In this document: positions 1-9,953 of the stretch, piece after piece | How positions within the stretch are numbered: the stretch's first letter is position 1 | Layout: the number at the start of each line of letters is the position of its first letter | Assembly (NCBI GenBank): GCA_038215315.1 | Contig: JBBQRB010000001.1 | Location: forward strand, 3,999-67,998 | DNA length: 64,000 nt | From: Pseudanabaenales cyanobacterium | GTDB lineage: Bacteria > Cyanobacteriota > Cyanobacteriia > Pseudanabaenales > Pseudanabaenaceae | Direction of reading: 5' to 3' | The notes under the pieces: model-generated | The model's database searches: none | What the model saw: the letters and a program-made list of their open reading frames with translations, nothing else | What the model was told of the DNA's origin: nothing | Program-made: the position numbers and the translations under genes

Positions 1-78
1 TTAAACCGCCGTGATGAGTTTCTAAAAATATTTGTGCAAGAAGCCGTTAACCGCGTCATGGTTTTACTCAAACCCTAG
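1..78 (+). CDS. 3' end of an unidentified gene entering the window (…LNRRDEFLKIFVQEAVNRVMVLLKP*)
   Basis: Frame 1 is open from base 1 to TAG at 76-78; it converges on sufD with a hairpin between; too short to identify. Confidence 0.5.
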   Translation, partial: LNRRDEFLKIFVQEAVNRVMVLLKP

Positions 79-182
79 AAAAGATGTGGCGCAAAGCGCC
101 ACATCTTTTCTAGGGTTTAAGCCCAAAAGAGAGAGGCGGCGCTTCTCTCTTTTGGGTTTTATAGCAGCGCAAAGCGCTGTAA
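70..182. repeat. Cluster of palindromic elements (23-bp perfect stem 70-118 with AAA loop; collapsed family-B hairpin; family-C end)
   Basis: AAACCCTAGAAAAGATGTGGCGC-AAA-GCGCCACATCTTTTCTAGGGTTT, then CCCAAAAGAGAGAGGCGGCGC… and AGCGCAAAGCGCTGTA. Confidence 0.85.
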
Positions 183-192
183 TTTGCGAGAC

Positions 193-1566
193 TTAATGCA
201 TTTTTGTTTTTTCTAAAACAAATTGACTTAGCGATCGCTGGACTGACAATATGGGAATGCGCCCAATCGCCTCCGCCGCAAAAGCGTAGGTGAGCAACTT
301 GGCGGCACTCTCAGCATCGATCGCCCGACTTTGGAGATAGAAAATCTCGTCAGCGTCAAGTTGGCTAATGGTCGCACCATGAGCGCATTTAACATTATCG
401 GCAAAGATTTCTAGCTGGGGCTTGGTATCTACTCGCGCTTTGCCTGATAGCAGCAGATTACGGCTTAGCTGTGCCGAATCAGTTTGTTGCGCTAACTTGG
501 CGACTTGGATTTTGCCATTAAAAACAGTACGCGATTTACCATCGGCAATACATTTATGCAATTGCTGACTAGAACCATAGGGATAGTTGTGGGCAATACA
601 AGAATGGGTATCAGTAAGCTGATCGCCATCGGTATAGGCTAGCCCAGTAAGGATCGTCTCCGTCTGCTCCGCCATTTGCTGCACCATCAAGTTATGGCGT
701 GAAATCTTTGCCCCAAAGCCAATGGATTGATTTTTGTAAATGCTGTGTCTAGCTTGGGCGATCGCGGTGGTACTGATATGCACTGACTCATTACCTTGCC
801 ATTGCACCTTGGTATGATTGACCTGAGCGCCCTCGGCTAACCAAATCTCTGTGACCACGTTAGTAACGTAGGCTTGGTTATCAACCCCGACAAAGCTCTG
901 TACTAGCGTCAGATTACTGTGATTTTCGGCAACAACCAAACAGCGGGGTTGGGTAATTAATCTCCCTTGCCCCAACTGTGGCGCAGTAATAAACATCAAC
1001 TGCACAGGGTTTGTCACGACCAGATTTTTGGGAACCAAAATAATCGCGACATCAGCGATACTTGCCGTATTCAGACTGGCAAAATAGTCGGTTGCATCAG
1101 GATGTCGGGCAAGGTGCGATCGCAGTTTGGGCAAGATGCGATCATCAAGGGTTGCCAGAGTGCCAACTATTAACCCCTCTTCGATCTGCGAGCAATCTGA
1201 CAATTCTGGGCTGTATTCTCCATTCACAAAGACAATCATGTTGCCGATCGCTTCAGGAACGAGATGTTGCGACATCAGGGCATTGGCTACCTGCATATCC
1301 GCATCGCGATCGGCAAAGGTATATTCTCCTAAGATCGAGACATCGGTATATTTCCAGTCCTCGTCTTTGGTGGTGGGAAAGGTCAGGGATAGGAGGCGAT
1401 CGCTTGCAGCTTGGCGCAACTCAGCGAACACCGCAGGGGCAAGATCAGAATGCAAGCCCATCACCTGCGCCGCAAACTGTTGTCCATTTACAGCCCTCTT
1501 ACTGCGTGTACTTATCGCTGCCTTGAGTTCTTGTTCATCAATCAATTCAGAAACTTGGATAGTCAT
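193..1566 (-). CDS. sufD: Fe-S cluster assembly protein SufD
   Basis: FPTTKDEDWKYTD N-terminus; TKPQLEIFADNVKCAHGATISQLD…FYLQSR; directly follows sufC. Confidence 0.95.
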   Translation of the reverse strand: MTIQVSELIDEQELKAAISTRSKRAVNGQQFAAQVMGLHSDLAPAVFAELRQAASDRLLSLTFPTTKDEDWKYTDVSILGEYTFADRDADMQVANALMSQHLVPEAIGNMIVFVNGEYSPELSDCSQIEEGLIVGTLATLDDRILPKLRSHLARHPDATDYFASLNTASIADVAIILVPKNLVVTNPVQLMFITAPQLGQGRLITQPRCLVVAENHSNLTLVQSFVGVDNQAYVTNVVTEIWLAEGAQVNHTKVQWQGNESVHISTTAIAQARHSIYKNQSIGFGAKISRHNLMVQQMAEQTETILTGLAYTDGDQLTDTHSCIAHNYPYGSSQQLHKCIADGKSRTVFNGKIQVAKLAQQTDSAQLSRNLLLSGKARVDTKPQLEIFADNVKCAHGATISQLDADEIFYLQSRAIDAESAAKLLTYAFAAEAIGRIPILSVQRSLSQFVLEKTKMH

Positions 1567-2348
1567 TATGCCAACACCGCCTCTTCTTCCTTGAGCCAGT
1601 CATAGCCCTTTTCTTCCAGTTCTAAGGCAAGATTCTTATCACCTGTGAGAATAATGCGCCCATTTTCCATTACATGAATGAAGTCGGGAATGATGTAGTT
1701 AAGAAGGCGTTGATAGTGGGTGATCACTAAAGAAGCGTTGTCAGGAGTAGAAAGCTTGTTTACTCCACCTGCTACGATCCTCAGTGCGTCAATATCTAAG
1801 CCCGAATCTGTCTCATCAAGAATCGCTAGAGTCGGGTCGAGAATTGCCATCTGCAAAATCTCATTACGTTTCTTCTCACCCCCTGAAAACCCTTCATTGA
1901 CGCTGCGACTCAGAAATGAAGGATTCATTTCCACAATCTCCAACCGATCTTGGATAAAGTCATCAAAATCGATAATATCCAATTCTTCCAAGCCCTTATG
2001 TTTGCGAAGGTTGTTATAGGACAGTCTCAAGAAGTCAGAATTAGTCACCCCAGGGATTTCCAGTGGATATTGAAAAGCCAAGAATACACCTTCCCTAGCC
2101 CTCACTTCAGGCTTCAGCTCTAGAAGATTCTGTCCTTTATAGATCACTTCGCCGCTCGTGACGGTGTAAGCAGGATGTCCAGCTAATATCTTTGAAAAAG
2201 TACTTTTCCCAGAGCCGTTAGGTCCCATGATCGCATGAACTTCACCTGCCTTGATTTCCAGATTTAACCCCTTTAAAATCTGCACTCCATCAACATCGGC
2301 AGTCAAATCTTTGACCGACAAAATTACTTCACTATTTTCGACAATCAT
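1566..2348 (-). CDS. sufC: Fe-S cluster assembly ATPase SufC
   Basis: GPNGSGKST Walker A; [17 protein letters not shown]; [14 protein letters not shown]. Confidence 0.97.
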   Translation of the reverse strand: MIVENSEVILSVKDLTADVDGVQILKGLNLEIKAGEVHAIMGPNGSGKSTFSKILAGHPAYTVTSGEVIYKGQNLLELKPEVRAREGVFLAFQYPLEIPGVTNSDFLRLSYNNLRKHKGLEELDIIDFDDFIQDRLEIVEMNPSFLSRSVNEGFSGGEKKRNEILQMAILDPTLAILDETDSGLDIDALRIVAGGVNKLSTPDNASLVITHYQRLLNYIIPDFIHVMENGRIILTGDKNLALELEEKGYDWLKEEEAVLA

Positions 2349-2380
2349 CTCTTTTCTCTTAACAATTGTTTAATATTGTA

Positions 2381-2548
2381 GTATAGCCGTCGCCAGTCTT
2401 GTATCAGGACATAAAACCCAAAAGAGGGAGGCGGCGCTTCGCGTCGCATCCCTCTTTTAGGTTTCACAGCGCTTTGCGCTCAAACCCGAACTAGTAGGAT
2501 TTTTGAAAGGGTTGCGAAGCAACCCTTTCAAAAATCCTACTATGGTTA
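2381..2548. mobile_element. Tandem MITE-like palindromes (family-B left part plus family-C hairpin)
   Basis: TATAGCCGTCGCCAGTCTTG…CCCAAAAGAGGGAGGCGGCGC; ACAGCGCTTTGCGCTCAAACCCGAAC…TTTGAAAGGGTTGC-GAA-GCAACCCTTTCAAA; homologous to 21447 and 44303. Confidence 0.75.
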
Positions 2549-3187
2549 TCTTGATCGGAAATTCTGGAAACTTTGCAGCTTTTGGCGATAAATTAGTTCT
2601 AGTTGATTCCCAAACTTGATAAATAATTGAGACTGCTGATCTTGTAGAGCCAGAAATAAGCGATGAAAAGCTGATGTAAAGATCGCAATAATCAAGCCAG
2701 CCGCAGTAGTGATCAAGGCTTCCCCAATCCCCTGAGTCAGTGACCCCGACTTAGTATTTGCCGCCACATCGCCAAGCCTCAAAGAACCAAATGAAATAAT
2801 CAAGCCAGTCACAGTCCCCAATAAACCTAACAAAGGTGCAAGAGTAATGATTGCTTCCAGTAACTTTTCGCCCTTGAGCATTCCCACTAACTCTTCATCA
2901 GCCGTGCTTTCTAACGCTAGACGAAATAGTTCAGGATCTGGCTCTTTTAACGATAAGGGTGCATAAAGAAACCTACCAATGGGAACCTTGCTAGATTGCT
3001 CCGCGAATTCTTTGGCTAGGTTGAGATCTTCACGGGCGATCGCCAAAATACTCTCAGCCGTTTTCTGCTCTTGACGTAAAATACCAAACCAAAAGATGAG
3101 ACGCTCCATGATGCCTGCCAAGGCAAGCACCGAAAGAAGTATGAGTGGGTACATGATCACCCCACCAGCCTTGATCAAATCAATCAC
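2546..3187 (-). CDS. MotA/TolQ/ExbB proton channel family protein
   Basis: [14 protein letters not shown] and [17 protein letters not shown] motifs; three TM segments. Confidence 0.92.
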   Translation of the reverse strand: MIDLIKAGGVIMYPLILLSVLALAGIMERLIFWFGILRQEQKTAESILAIAREDLNLAKEFAEQSSKVPIGRFLYAPLSLKEPDPELFRLALESTADEELVGMLKGEKLLEAIITLAPLLGLLGTVTGLIISFGSLRLGDVAANTKSGSLTQGIGEALITTAAGLIIAIFTSAFHRLFLALQDQQSQLFIKFGNQLELIYRQKLQSFQNFRSR

Positions 3188-3563
3188 TGGGGTCTGACTC
3201 CTTCTCTTCGCGTTCTCTACTTAGTTGATTAATCAACGACAAAACTTTAACTCCACGCTCAAAAGAACGATCTTCATTGAACACTATTTCTGGAACTCGT
3301 CGCAGAGCAAGTCTCTGACCGACCTCACGCTTAATAAAGCCTGATGCCGAAGCCAAAGCCTCCATAGTCTGTTGACGGGCTTCTTCAGTGCCATAAATGC
3401 TGACAAAAATCTTGACGTGCTGTAAATCTCCCGATACTTCCGCATCCGTGACACTAACCATGCCCATACCGACTCGGTCATCTTTAATATCTTTCAGCAA
3501 CATATTGCTGACTTCTCGCTTAATTAGTTCGGCGACACGAGCAACTCGTCTTGTAGTAGCCAT
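3180..3563 (-). CDS. rbfA: Ribosome-binding factor A
   Basis: [19 protein letters not shown]…[13 protein letters not shown]…LRRVPEIVF; start placed at ATG 3563. Confidence 0.95.
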   Translation of the reverse strand: MATTRRVARVAELIKREVSNMLLKDIKDDRVGMGMVSVTDAEVSGDLQHVKIFVSIYGTEEARQQTMEALASASGFIKREVGQRLALRRVPEIVFNEDRSFERGVKVLSLINQLSREREEKESDPSD

Positions 3564-3673
3564 AGATTTCATTTACACAGTTCAAGTGTAATTCTAGTGT
3601 GATTTTGAGAATATTTCTTGAGATGTTGTTTATAAACTTTCTCAAAGCCTACATTCAGTCTAACTTTGCTGAG

Positions 3674-3985
3674 CTATCGGCTCTCATAGGAGCGGCAATC
3701 TTGACAGGGCCCGTCGGGATTGATCGCGCAACGGATATAGGGCGATCGCGCATTATACTTACAGCTAATTTTACCAATCACATAACCAAATCCATCAATA
3801 CGAGTCATATCGGCTGGCGGTAAAGCTTTAAGCTGTGATGACATGGGCAAGATTATCTCTGAGTTGACTTGACGCTGATTGGCTTGAAATCGATGCAGCA
3901 TCCACAGAGATAGGACTGGCGGCATAATACCTAAAAATAAAATGATAACGATGTCTAACATCATAATGTTTAACATTTGTTGCAC
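3674..3985 (-). CDS. Cyanobacterial membrane protein with Cys-rich C-terminus (DUF6464-like)
   Basis: N-terminal TM; IGxxSCKYNARSPYIRCAINPDGPCQDC motif. Confidence 0.7.
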   Translation of the reverse strand: MQQMLNIMMLDIVIILFLGIMPPVLSLWMLHRFQANQRQVNSEIILPMSSQLKALPPADMTRIDGFGYVIGKISCKYNARSPYIRCAINPDGPCQDCRSYESR

Positions 3986-3998
3986 GTTTACTTAGTGT

Positions 3999-4202
3999 CT
4001 AGGCTATGTCTAGTCCTAGCATCGCTCTCAGCACCAGCGATAAACCAATAAATCCGCTAACTAAGGCTGTGATCGTAGCGATCGCAGTAACAGGCTTTTG
4101 CAGTAGGGGAAGCATCGGGGCGATGACGATAGACAAAACTCCACCAGTAATTAGTGCGAGGAATTTAGGGTAGCGAAGCAAATTGAGAATAAAGCTTTTC
4201 AT
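3999..4202 (-). CDS. ycf33: Ycf33 / DUF751 family small membrane protein
   Basis: NLLRYPKFL…LRAMLGL pattern; two TM segments; upstream of rbfA. Confidence 0.8.
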   Translation of the reverse strand: MKSFILNLLRYPKFLALITGGVLSIVIAPMLPLLQKPVTAIATITALVSGFIGLSLVLRAMLGLDIA

Positions 4203-4321
4203 TAGTAATTTTTTGTGATCGAGTCTAAGGAATTATTCAACTGATCACAAATATAGCGTTTTCTAAATCTAATAGAGAATAATTACGAACCAATGCCGCA
4301 CGCTGCGCGTGCGCCATTGGT

Positions 4322-4413
4322 TACTCCCTTCTCAGTGAAAGATTAGCGGCGCGAAGCGCCGCACCGCTAATTCTTGGTTTTTAAATGCGTATTTTTATAC
4401 TGGGAAGGGAGTA
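4322..4413. mobile_element. Family-D MITE with TIRs and flanking TA
   Basis: TA-CTCCCTTCTCAGT…ACTGGGAAGGGAG-TA; closely similar to 42194-42284. Confidence 0.85.
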
Positions 4414-4414
4414 T

Positions 4415-5212
4415 CTATGTCTGTAGGCATTTGGTGTCAACTGGAGGCAGTATTTTTGTTGGATTATTTTGCAAATGCTTACTATGCAGGCGATACCAAG
4501 GAGTCATCGGATATTCATGATGTTCCCAATGATAATGTCCAAAATTATAACAACTCACAAAAGACCAGAAAATCATTAAAGTATTTCTCTCTAGTCTCGG
4601 TGAGAAATTGGGGTTGTTATAAATTTGACGATGGGGTAAATAAGTACCAAAGAAAAATAATTGTAGAGAGCTAAGTACCAATGGGACTAACCAAAAAAGA
4701 ATTAAATTTATAAATGAGACATTACTGAAAAAAATTAATCCCCAAAAGATTACACTCATATTTACCAAGAAAATCAATAGCGATCGCATTGGGAAATATT
4801 CGCGAATAAATTTAAAGTACCAAAACACAGGATGGGAAACACTGCCATGAAAATCAGGATCACCAATTTGAGATGGAAAACGGTGATGCTCAGTATGGTT
4901 TTTACGACAATGGTTATAAGGCAGAAATCCGTAAATGGTAACAGCTATATTCCCAAAAAAATCGTTCAGACGGCGATCGTGGGGAATTAGATTGCTATGC
5001 ATAGAGTCGTGGGCAACAATAAACATTCCTGTGTGCAGATATGAGCGTCCTAAAATCGCTAAAGTCAGCCATATCCAAGATGTCTCTGAGACTGAAATCG
5101 TAATCAGCTTAACGAGACTAATTAACCACAGACTAAAGATAATTAAAACCGAGAACAAACCCAACCAATCATCGGATTGAAATGTCTTTTGGGGCGATTT
5201 AAACATTTGCAT
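4415..5212 (-). CDS. crtW: Beta-carotene ketolase CrtW (fatty-acid desaturase superfamily)
   Basis: His boxes HDSMH, HTEHHRFP, HWEHHEYP; LQLFFFGTYLPH; adjacent to ocp. Confidence 0.85.
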   Translation of the reverse strand: MQMFKSPQKTFQSDDWLGLFSVLIIFSLWLISLVKLITISVSETSWIWLTLAILGRSYLHTGMFIVAHDSMHSNLIPHDRRLNDFFGNIAVTIYGFLPYNHCRKNHTEHHRFPSQIGDPDFHGSVSHPVFWYFKFIREYFPMRSLLIFLVNMSVIFWGLIFFSNVSFINLILFWLVPLVLSSLQLFFFGTYLPHRQIYNNPNFSPRLERNTLMIFWSFVSCYNFGHYHWEHHEYPMTPWYRLHSKHLQNNPTKILPPVDTKCLQT

Positions 5213-5380
5213 ATTCTCAAAAGGCAGGGGTCAAATTTTAGAACTTGGGGCTTGGTCATAAACTAGAGGACTAATTTTTGATGATGTGACTTTGCCTTAT
5301 TATCGAAATCTTGTAAAGATATATTAAGGATAATACATTTATCGATTTTTTTGCCACTGAAATTCAGTGTAAATGCCTGT

Positions 5381-5456
5381 AAAACCAAACCTGATAACTG
5401 ATTGCTGACGCAAAGCGTCAGCAATCAGGTTTGGTTTTTATTTGTACGACTACTTA
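5381..5456. repeat. Palindromic element ending in CTACTTA that overlaps the ocp stop codon
   Basis: AAAACCAAACCTGAT…TGCTGACGC-AAA-GCGTCAGCAATCAGGTTTGGTTTT…ACTACTTA. Confidence 0.75.
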
Positions 5457-6413
5457 ACGCGCCAAATTTAGTAACTCTTTGGGAGAAGCGAGTAAATCGA
5501 TCGCTACGAAGAAAATCTTGTTGCTAGGGTCAAGCAAGAATCTCCAAGCAATATTCATACCAACACCTGAACCAAACCAAGGGGTTTGCACCTTTCCAGT
5601 GATTTTAATTTGGATGTAACCACCATCAGCCTGCTCAGATACTCCTCTCTCAGGAACAAGCACTAAATTTTGACATTCTTCCCTAAAGAATTTCATAATT
5701 GCATCCCTACCAACAACTGGTCTTTGGAAAGGAGGCTGAAGAGCGCCATCTACTAAGAATAGGTCAATCAAAACATCAAAATCATTAGCATTCATGTTGT
5801 TCATGTATGACAAGATCGTGGGATTATCAACCCCTTCGATCGCTACCTCTGTCCGATTAGACATTTCTCTAGGTGGGGAAACTGGCTCAGCAACTAAAGT
5901 GTACTCACCCAACTTTTTGGGGTCATAGCCCATATCTAAAACTGAATTACGCAAAATTGTAATTTGTTGTCCTGGTTCAAGGCTTTTTAGGGTTTCTAAA
6001 ACGGCTGAAGCATTGGCTGAGAGACGGTATCCTGCAGGAATTGGGGCAACAATACCTTGCTCCATCCATTGACCAAGCTGATACCAAAATCCTAGCTTTA
6101 TATTCTGTGACCAAATGGCATAGGTGCGGCAGATTGGAGTGTCAGCACGGTTAGCTAGGTCACACATGACCTGAGTTTGTTGCTGAAAACTCATTTTCTT
6201 GATTTCATTCAAAGTCAACTCAGCCAACTGCATACTAGCCGCTCCAGGAGCTGCGATCGTTACAGTTTTACCCATTTCTAAATAAGTAAACCAAATCCAA
6301 GCCAGTTGATCTTCAGGGCTAAGTTGATTAAATCTTGCGGTCGTAGCTGGGACAACGTCAGCAGCAAGGGTGCTAGGGAAAATACTTCTGGCTGAGTTAA
6401 TTGTGTAGGTCAT
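5454..6413 (-). CDS. ocp: Orange carotenoid protein (OCP1-like)
   Basis: Full N-terminal plus NTF2-like C-terminal domains; ADVVPATTARF, NIKLGFWY, GKVQTPWFG, IDLLASPKELL. Confidence 0.97.
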   Translation of the reverse strand: MTYTINSARSIFPSTLAADVVPATTARFNQLSPEDQLAWIWFTYLEMGKTVTIAAPGAASMQLAELTLNEIKKMSFQQQTQVMCDLANRADTPICRTYAIWSQNIKLGFWYQLGQWMEQGIVAPIPAGYRLSANASAVLETLKSLEPGQQITILRNSVLDMGYDPKKLGEYTLVAEPVSPPREMSNRTEVAIEGVDNPTILSYMNNMNANDFDVLIDLFLVDGALQPPFQRPVVGRDAIMKFFREECQNLVLVPERGVSEQADGGYIQIKITGKVQTPWFGSGVGMNIAWRFLLDPSNKIFFVAIDLLASPKELLNLAR

Positions 6414-6859
6414 AAGAGATATTAGAGGATTTGGCTGAAGTGTCTAAGTTTTTTAATCTTGGTAGATTTAGCTGTCGCTACCTACATCAGGACGTACAAG
6501 AACTTAAGAATTGAATTACGGCGCTTGCTGCCCCAACTCATGTTCTGGGTTTGTGTCCCAAGTTGATTTGCGACAGATTGAAATCAATGTATAAGTTGAA
6601 ATTCAAGAGACAATAATAATTTACTCTATTGATATTGTCGTGATTTCTTTACATTTATCTACTCACACGAAGAGTACGTTACAAAACCTCTAAGGGTAGA
6701 TATTGGTCAGGCATCAAGAGCTTAGCAGGGTTACAGCGCTTCGCACTTTCTTAAAACCCAAGAAGACTTTTGAAAGTCTTCTCATACCACCACATGAAAT
6801 TCATAGATATTTTCGATCAAACAAACTGCAAGAGAATTTTTAAAAGCGCTGCTTTGCAA

Positions 6860-6966
6860 TAAGTAGATGAGCATAATTAAGCCCAAAGCCCAAAAGAGGG
6901 TAGCGGCGCGGAGCGCCGCTACCCTCTTTTGGGCTTTATGTCCTAACAAGACTGGCGACAGCTATA
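6860..6966. mobile_element. Chimeric MITE: family-A left end plus family-B core and right end
   Basis: TAAGTAGATGAGCATAATTAAGCCC…AGAGGGTAGCGGCGC-GGA-GCGCCGCTACCCTCT…CAAGACTGGCGACAGCTATA. Confidence 0.75.
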
Positions 6967-6984
6967 GCAACTATAAGTAAGTAT

Positions 6985-7089
6985 TACAGCCTGTTGAGGC
7001 TTTGAGTAGTACATAAAATTCTTTGAAAGTACCGCTTTGCGGCACTTTCAAAGAATTTTCTGGGTTTTATGATAGCGCAAAGCACTGTA
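6985..7089. mobile_element. Family-C MITE (TACAG…CTGTA termini)
   Basis: TACAGCCTGTTGAGGC…TTTGAAAGTACCGC-TTT-GCGGCACTTTCAAA…GCGCAAAGCACTGTA. Confidence 0.75.
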
Positions 7090-7130
7090 CTGTTTATATA
7101 TTGCCAATAGCCTCAAGACATGGAAAAAGG

Positions 7131-8054
7131 CTATGCCTTGACTTCATCGTTGTTAACGATAAACAAATCTTCAATATTTCTGAGCATTGCGCTACAAATA
7201 TTGTCTAGAGGTAAATCATTTGAATCATGACCAAAGGGATCTTCAATTTGGATGCCAATCTCCTCTATTCCCAGCAAAGTAAAGCTAATTAAGGTAACGA
7301 TTGGAGCGGTCATCCATTCTAATTGAGCAACCATTTGAAATGGAAGTGATAGGCAGTAAATTAATAGTAATTGCTTAAGGTGGATTGCGTAGGCTAGAGG
7401 GATTGGAGTTTTGAGGATACGCTCGCAGATACCGACAACATCAACCATTTGATTTAAAAGTTGAATCATATTTCCCAGTTGATAGCGATCTAGCTTTTCT
7501 TGTTGAAATTGTCTTTGCAAATAGCTACTAATCCAAAATCCTATTTCCAAAGGAGGGTGATTCATCGTTTTTAGTCGATTAAATTGTTCTGCTGATAGAA
7601 CTGCTTCAAGTTCGGCATTAATTGGTTCCGATCGCAAATGCAGTTTCAAGGCGATCGCAAAAGCTGGTAATAGCTTTACAGCAGCAATTTTCCCCTGATG
7701 ATCTTCAATATCCTGTTCAGTAATAGCTACTAATATTTGCCGTGATAGGTTGCGTACTGTATTCACTAGGGTTCCCCAAGCTTTGCGCCCTTCCCAAAAT
7801 CTCTCATAAGCTGTGTTAGTCCGAAAAACTAGTAACAGCCCTAAAACAATGTTAGAAATAAGGCTACCGAAAACTGGCAAATGCACCCGAAAATTTAGGG
7901 CGTGCAAAATATAAATTATGAGACCAAATAATCCACAAAATAGCGATCGCGGTAATACTTCAGGAATAACTGAGCCTCGCCAACTAAAGGCAAGTCGAAA
8001 CCAGCTATCTTTTATCAACCAATTTTTTATCAACCAATTTTTTCTTGCGTGCAT
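7131..8054 (-). CDS. Bestrophin family ion channel
   Basis: LLLVFRTNTAYERFWEGRKAWG; ERILKTPIP; IEDPFGHDSNDLPL. Confidence 0.92.
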   Translation of the reverse strand: MHARKNWLIKNWLIKDSWFRLAFSWRGSVIPEVLPRSLFCGLFGLIIYILHALNFRVHLPVFGSLISNIVLGLLLVFRTNTAYERFWEGRKAWGTLVNTVRNLSRQILVAITEQDIEDHQGKIAAVKLLPAFAIALKLHLRSEPINAELEAVLSAEQFNRLKTMNHPPLEIGFWISSYLQRQFQQEKLDRYQLGNMIQLLNQMVDVVGICERILKTPIPLAYAIHLKQLLLIYCLSLPFQMVAQLEWMTAPIVTLISFTLLGIEEIGIQIEDPFGHDSNDLPLDNICSAMLRNIEDLFIVNNDEVKA

Positions 8055-8134
8055 TATTACCTAACTAATATTTATGGTCAGGGTCGCTAGCGCTTGTCAT
8101 AAGCCGCCCCTATAGATAGATAGTGTATCGAACT

Positions 8135-8232
8135 TAAGTAGATAGGCGTAATAAAGCCCCAAAAGCAGTGGCACACGCTGCGCGTGCGCCACGGCTTTTG
8201 GGGCTTTAAGGTTTCTTTTGCGTACCTACTTA
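8135..8232. mobile_element. Family-A MITE (TAAGTAG…CTACTTA TIRs); terminal TTA is the kinase stop codon
   Basis: TAAGTAGATAGGCG…GGCACACGC-TGC-GCGTGCGCC…GCGTACCTACTTA. Confidence 0.85.
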
Positions 8233-9789
8233 TGGCGAACAGCGATATAGAGTAGTTAGAGATTCCATATCTTTGGTTGGCGATCGCATTAGGAAGGGTA
8301 AATGTCCTTTTGGTGGAGATTTAAAATTGGGCTGGCGACCTGTAATATATTCCCATCGTGAGGTTTGGCGATCATAGGCAGTCTCGATCGCTGGCTCCCC
8401 TGATGTATTTAACCAACCTAACGTCTCAAAGGTCAGCCGAACATCTTTAAATGACTCATTATAGGTTTGACGCTGAGCTGTCAAGCCCTGTTTCGCATCG
8501 GTGGATTGAGTCCATAGTTGATCGATTAGCACCAGATCGGCACAGGAGACCTGGCTCAACTCATCTGGATGGAATGTACCGTCAGCAGAAGACTTCGAGC
8601 CTGCGGCTTTGAGAAGCAGAAGATAAGTCTCTTGATCAGCAGCTTGCCAATTTTTTTGTTTGAGATAGTCTCTCAGTAAGTTATAGCTGACATTATTAGA
8701 AGAATTTGGTTTAGCTGTTGGCAGTTGGGGAGAGTTGCTGGCTATGGGGACTGGTATAACCTCAGGGAGAGTTTTGGGGATCTGGACTAAATCTGCTCTA
8801 TTAGTCTCTTTACCCCAGATAAAAAGTAGATAGATAGTTGTAACCAATCCTAATAGAGAGAGTACAGATATCCAAATTAAATTTTGGGGATTAGATTGTC
8901 TCCTAGTCTTTTGGTCAATCGGCGAGTTGCTTAGGCGATCGCTGATAATTCGAGGTGATGCGGTACTTAGTTTTGGCAGTTTAGACAGATCGCGCAACAC
9001 TTCATCGACTGTTTGGTAGCGATCGCGAGGATTACTACGCGCCATCTGCATTAAGACTGCGGAAAATTCACGGCTAATATTGGTGTAATTCTGCCAATTA
9101 ATCTCATTTTCGCGATCGCGGAGAAATTGACTAGGATGCTTGCCCGTAAGAGCTTGCAGAGCTAACATTCCTAAGGAGTAGATATCACTAGAAGATACGG
9201 ACTGCCCACGCTCCTGCTCATAGGACATATAACCAGGAGTTCCAATTGGCAAGGTTACTTTAGCTTTATGGTGAGCGCTGGCAACTTCCAGTTGTACTTG
9301 CTTAACAGTGCCGAAATCAATTAAAACTAGTTTTCCATCCTGATGCCTACGAATTAAATTACTAGGTTTGACATCACGATGAATGACATTGTATTTATGA
9401 ACAAATTGCAAGATCTCTAAAACTTCTTTGACAATTTGGGCAACCCTAGCTTCAGCCATCTGGCTACCTGGGGACATCTCGGTACTGAGAGGATGCCCTT
9501 CAATAAATTCTTGAACAAGATAGAACTCTTTATTTTCTTGAAAATAAGCATAAAGTTGGGGAATCAAATCATGCTTGCCCAATTCCTGTAGAGTTTCAGC
9601 TTCGGCTTTAAATAGCTCCAAAGCTTTTTTGGTAAAGACTGGATCGTCAATGGTGGGATTGAGATGCTTGACAACACATTTAGGATTTTTGGGTAGGCGC
9701 GTGTCTTCGGCTAGATAAGTTTGTGAAAACCCTCCCTCTGCCAATTCCCTAATGATGCGATAGCGGTTGTCTAGTAGCTTGCCTATCAT
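8230..9789 (-). CDS. Hanks-type Ser/Thr kinase with TM segment and C-terminal GUN4-like domain
   Basis: HRDVKPSN, DFG, GTPGY; TM; YNLLRDYLKQKNWQAADQET…IDQLW GUN4-type motif. Confidence 0.9.
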   Translation of the reverse strand: MIGKLLDNRYRIIRELAEGGFSQTYLAEDTRLPKNPKCVVKHLNPTIDDPVFTKKALELFKAEAETLQELGKHDLIPQLYAYFQENKEFYLVQEFIEGHPLSTEMSPGSQMAEARVAQIVKEVLEILQFVHKYNVIHRDVKPSNLIRRHQDGKLVLIDFGTVKQVQLEVASAHHKAKVTLPIGTPGYMSYEQERGQSVSSSDIYSLGMLALQALTGKHPSQFLRDRENEINWQNYTNISREFSAVLMQMARSNPRDRYQTVDEVLRDLSKLPKLSTASPRIISDRLSNSPIDQKTRRQSNPQNLIWISVLSLLGLVTTIYLLFIWGKETNRADLVQIPKTLPEVIPVPIASNSPQLPTAKPNSSNNVSYNLLRDYLKQKNWQAADQETYLLLLKAAGSKSSADGTFHPDELSQVSCADLVLIDQLWTQSTDAKQGLTAQRQTYNESFKDVRLTFETLGWLNTSGEPAIETAYDRQTSRWEYITGRQPNFKSPPKGHLPFLMRSPTKDMESLTTLYRCSP

Positions 9790-9869
9790 AGTTGCATTAT
9801 AAATTAGAGACTGCCCAAAGATACTTGCTTCCTAGTCTAGAATTGATGGCGCGGGATCTTGTAACAACC

Positions 9870-9949
9870 AAAACTCAAAAAGCTGTGGCGCACGCGCAGC
9901 GTGCGCCACAGCTTTTTGGGTTTTGAGGGTTCTTTTGCCTTCCTACTTA
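9870..9949. mobile_element. Family-A MITE copy
   Basis: AAAAAGCTGTGGCGCACGC-GCA-GCGTGCGCCACAGCTTTTTGGG…CCTACTTA. Confidence 0.8.
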
Positions 9950-9953
9950 ATGT

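Noticed and set aside
967-2019. Plus-strand ORFs overlapping sufD/sufC, and similar shadow ORFs elsewhere
   Set aside because: They are antisense or alternate-frame shadows of well-supported genes.
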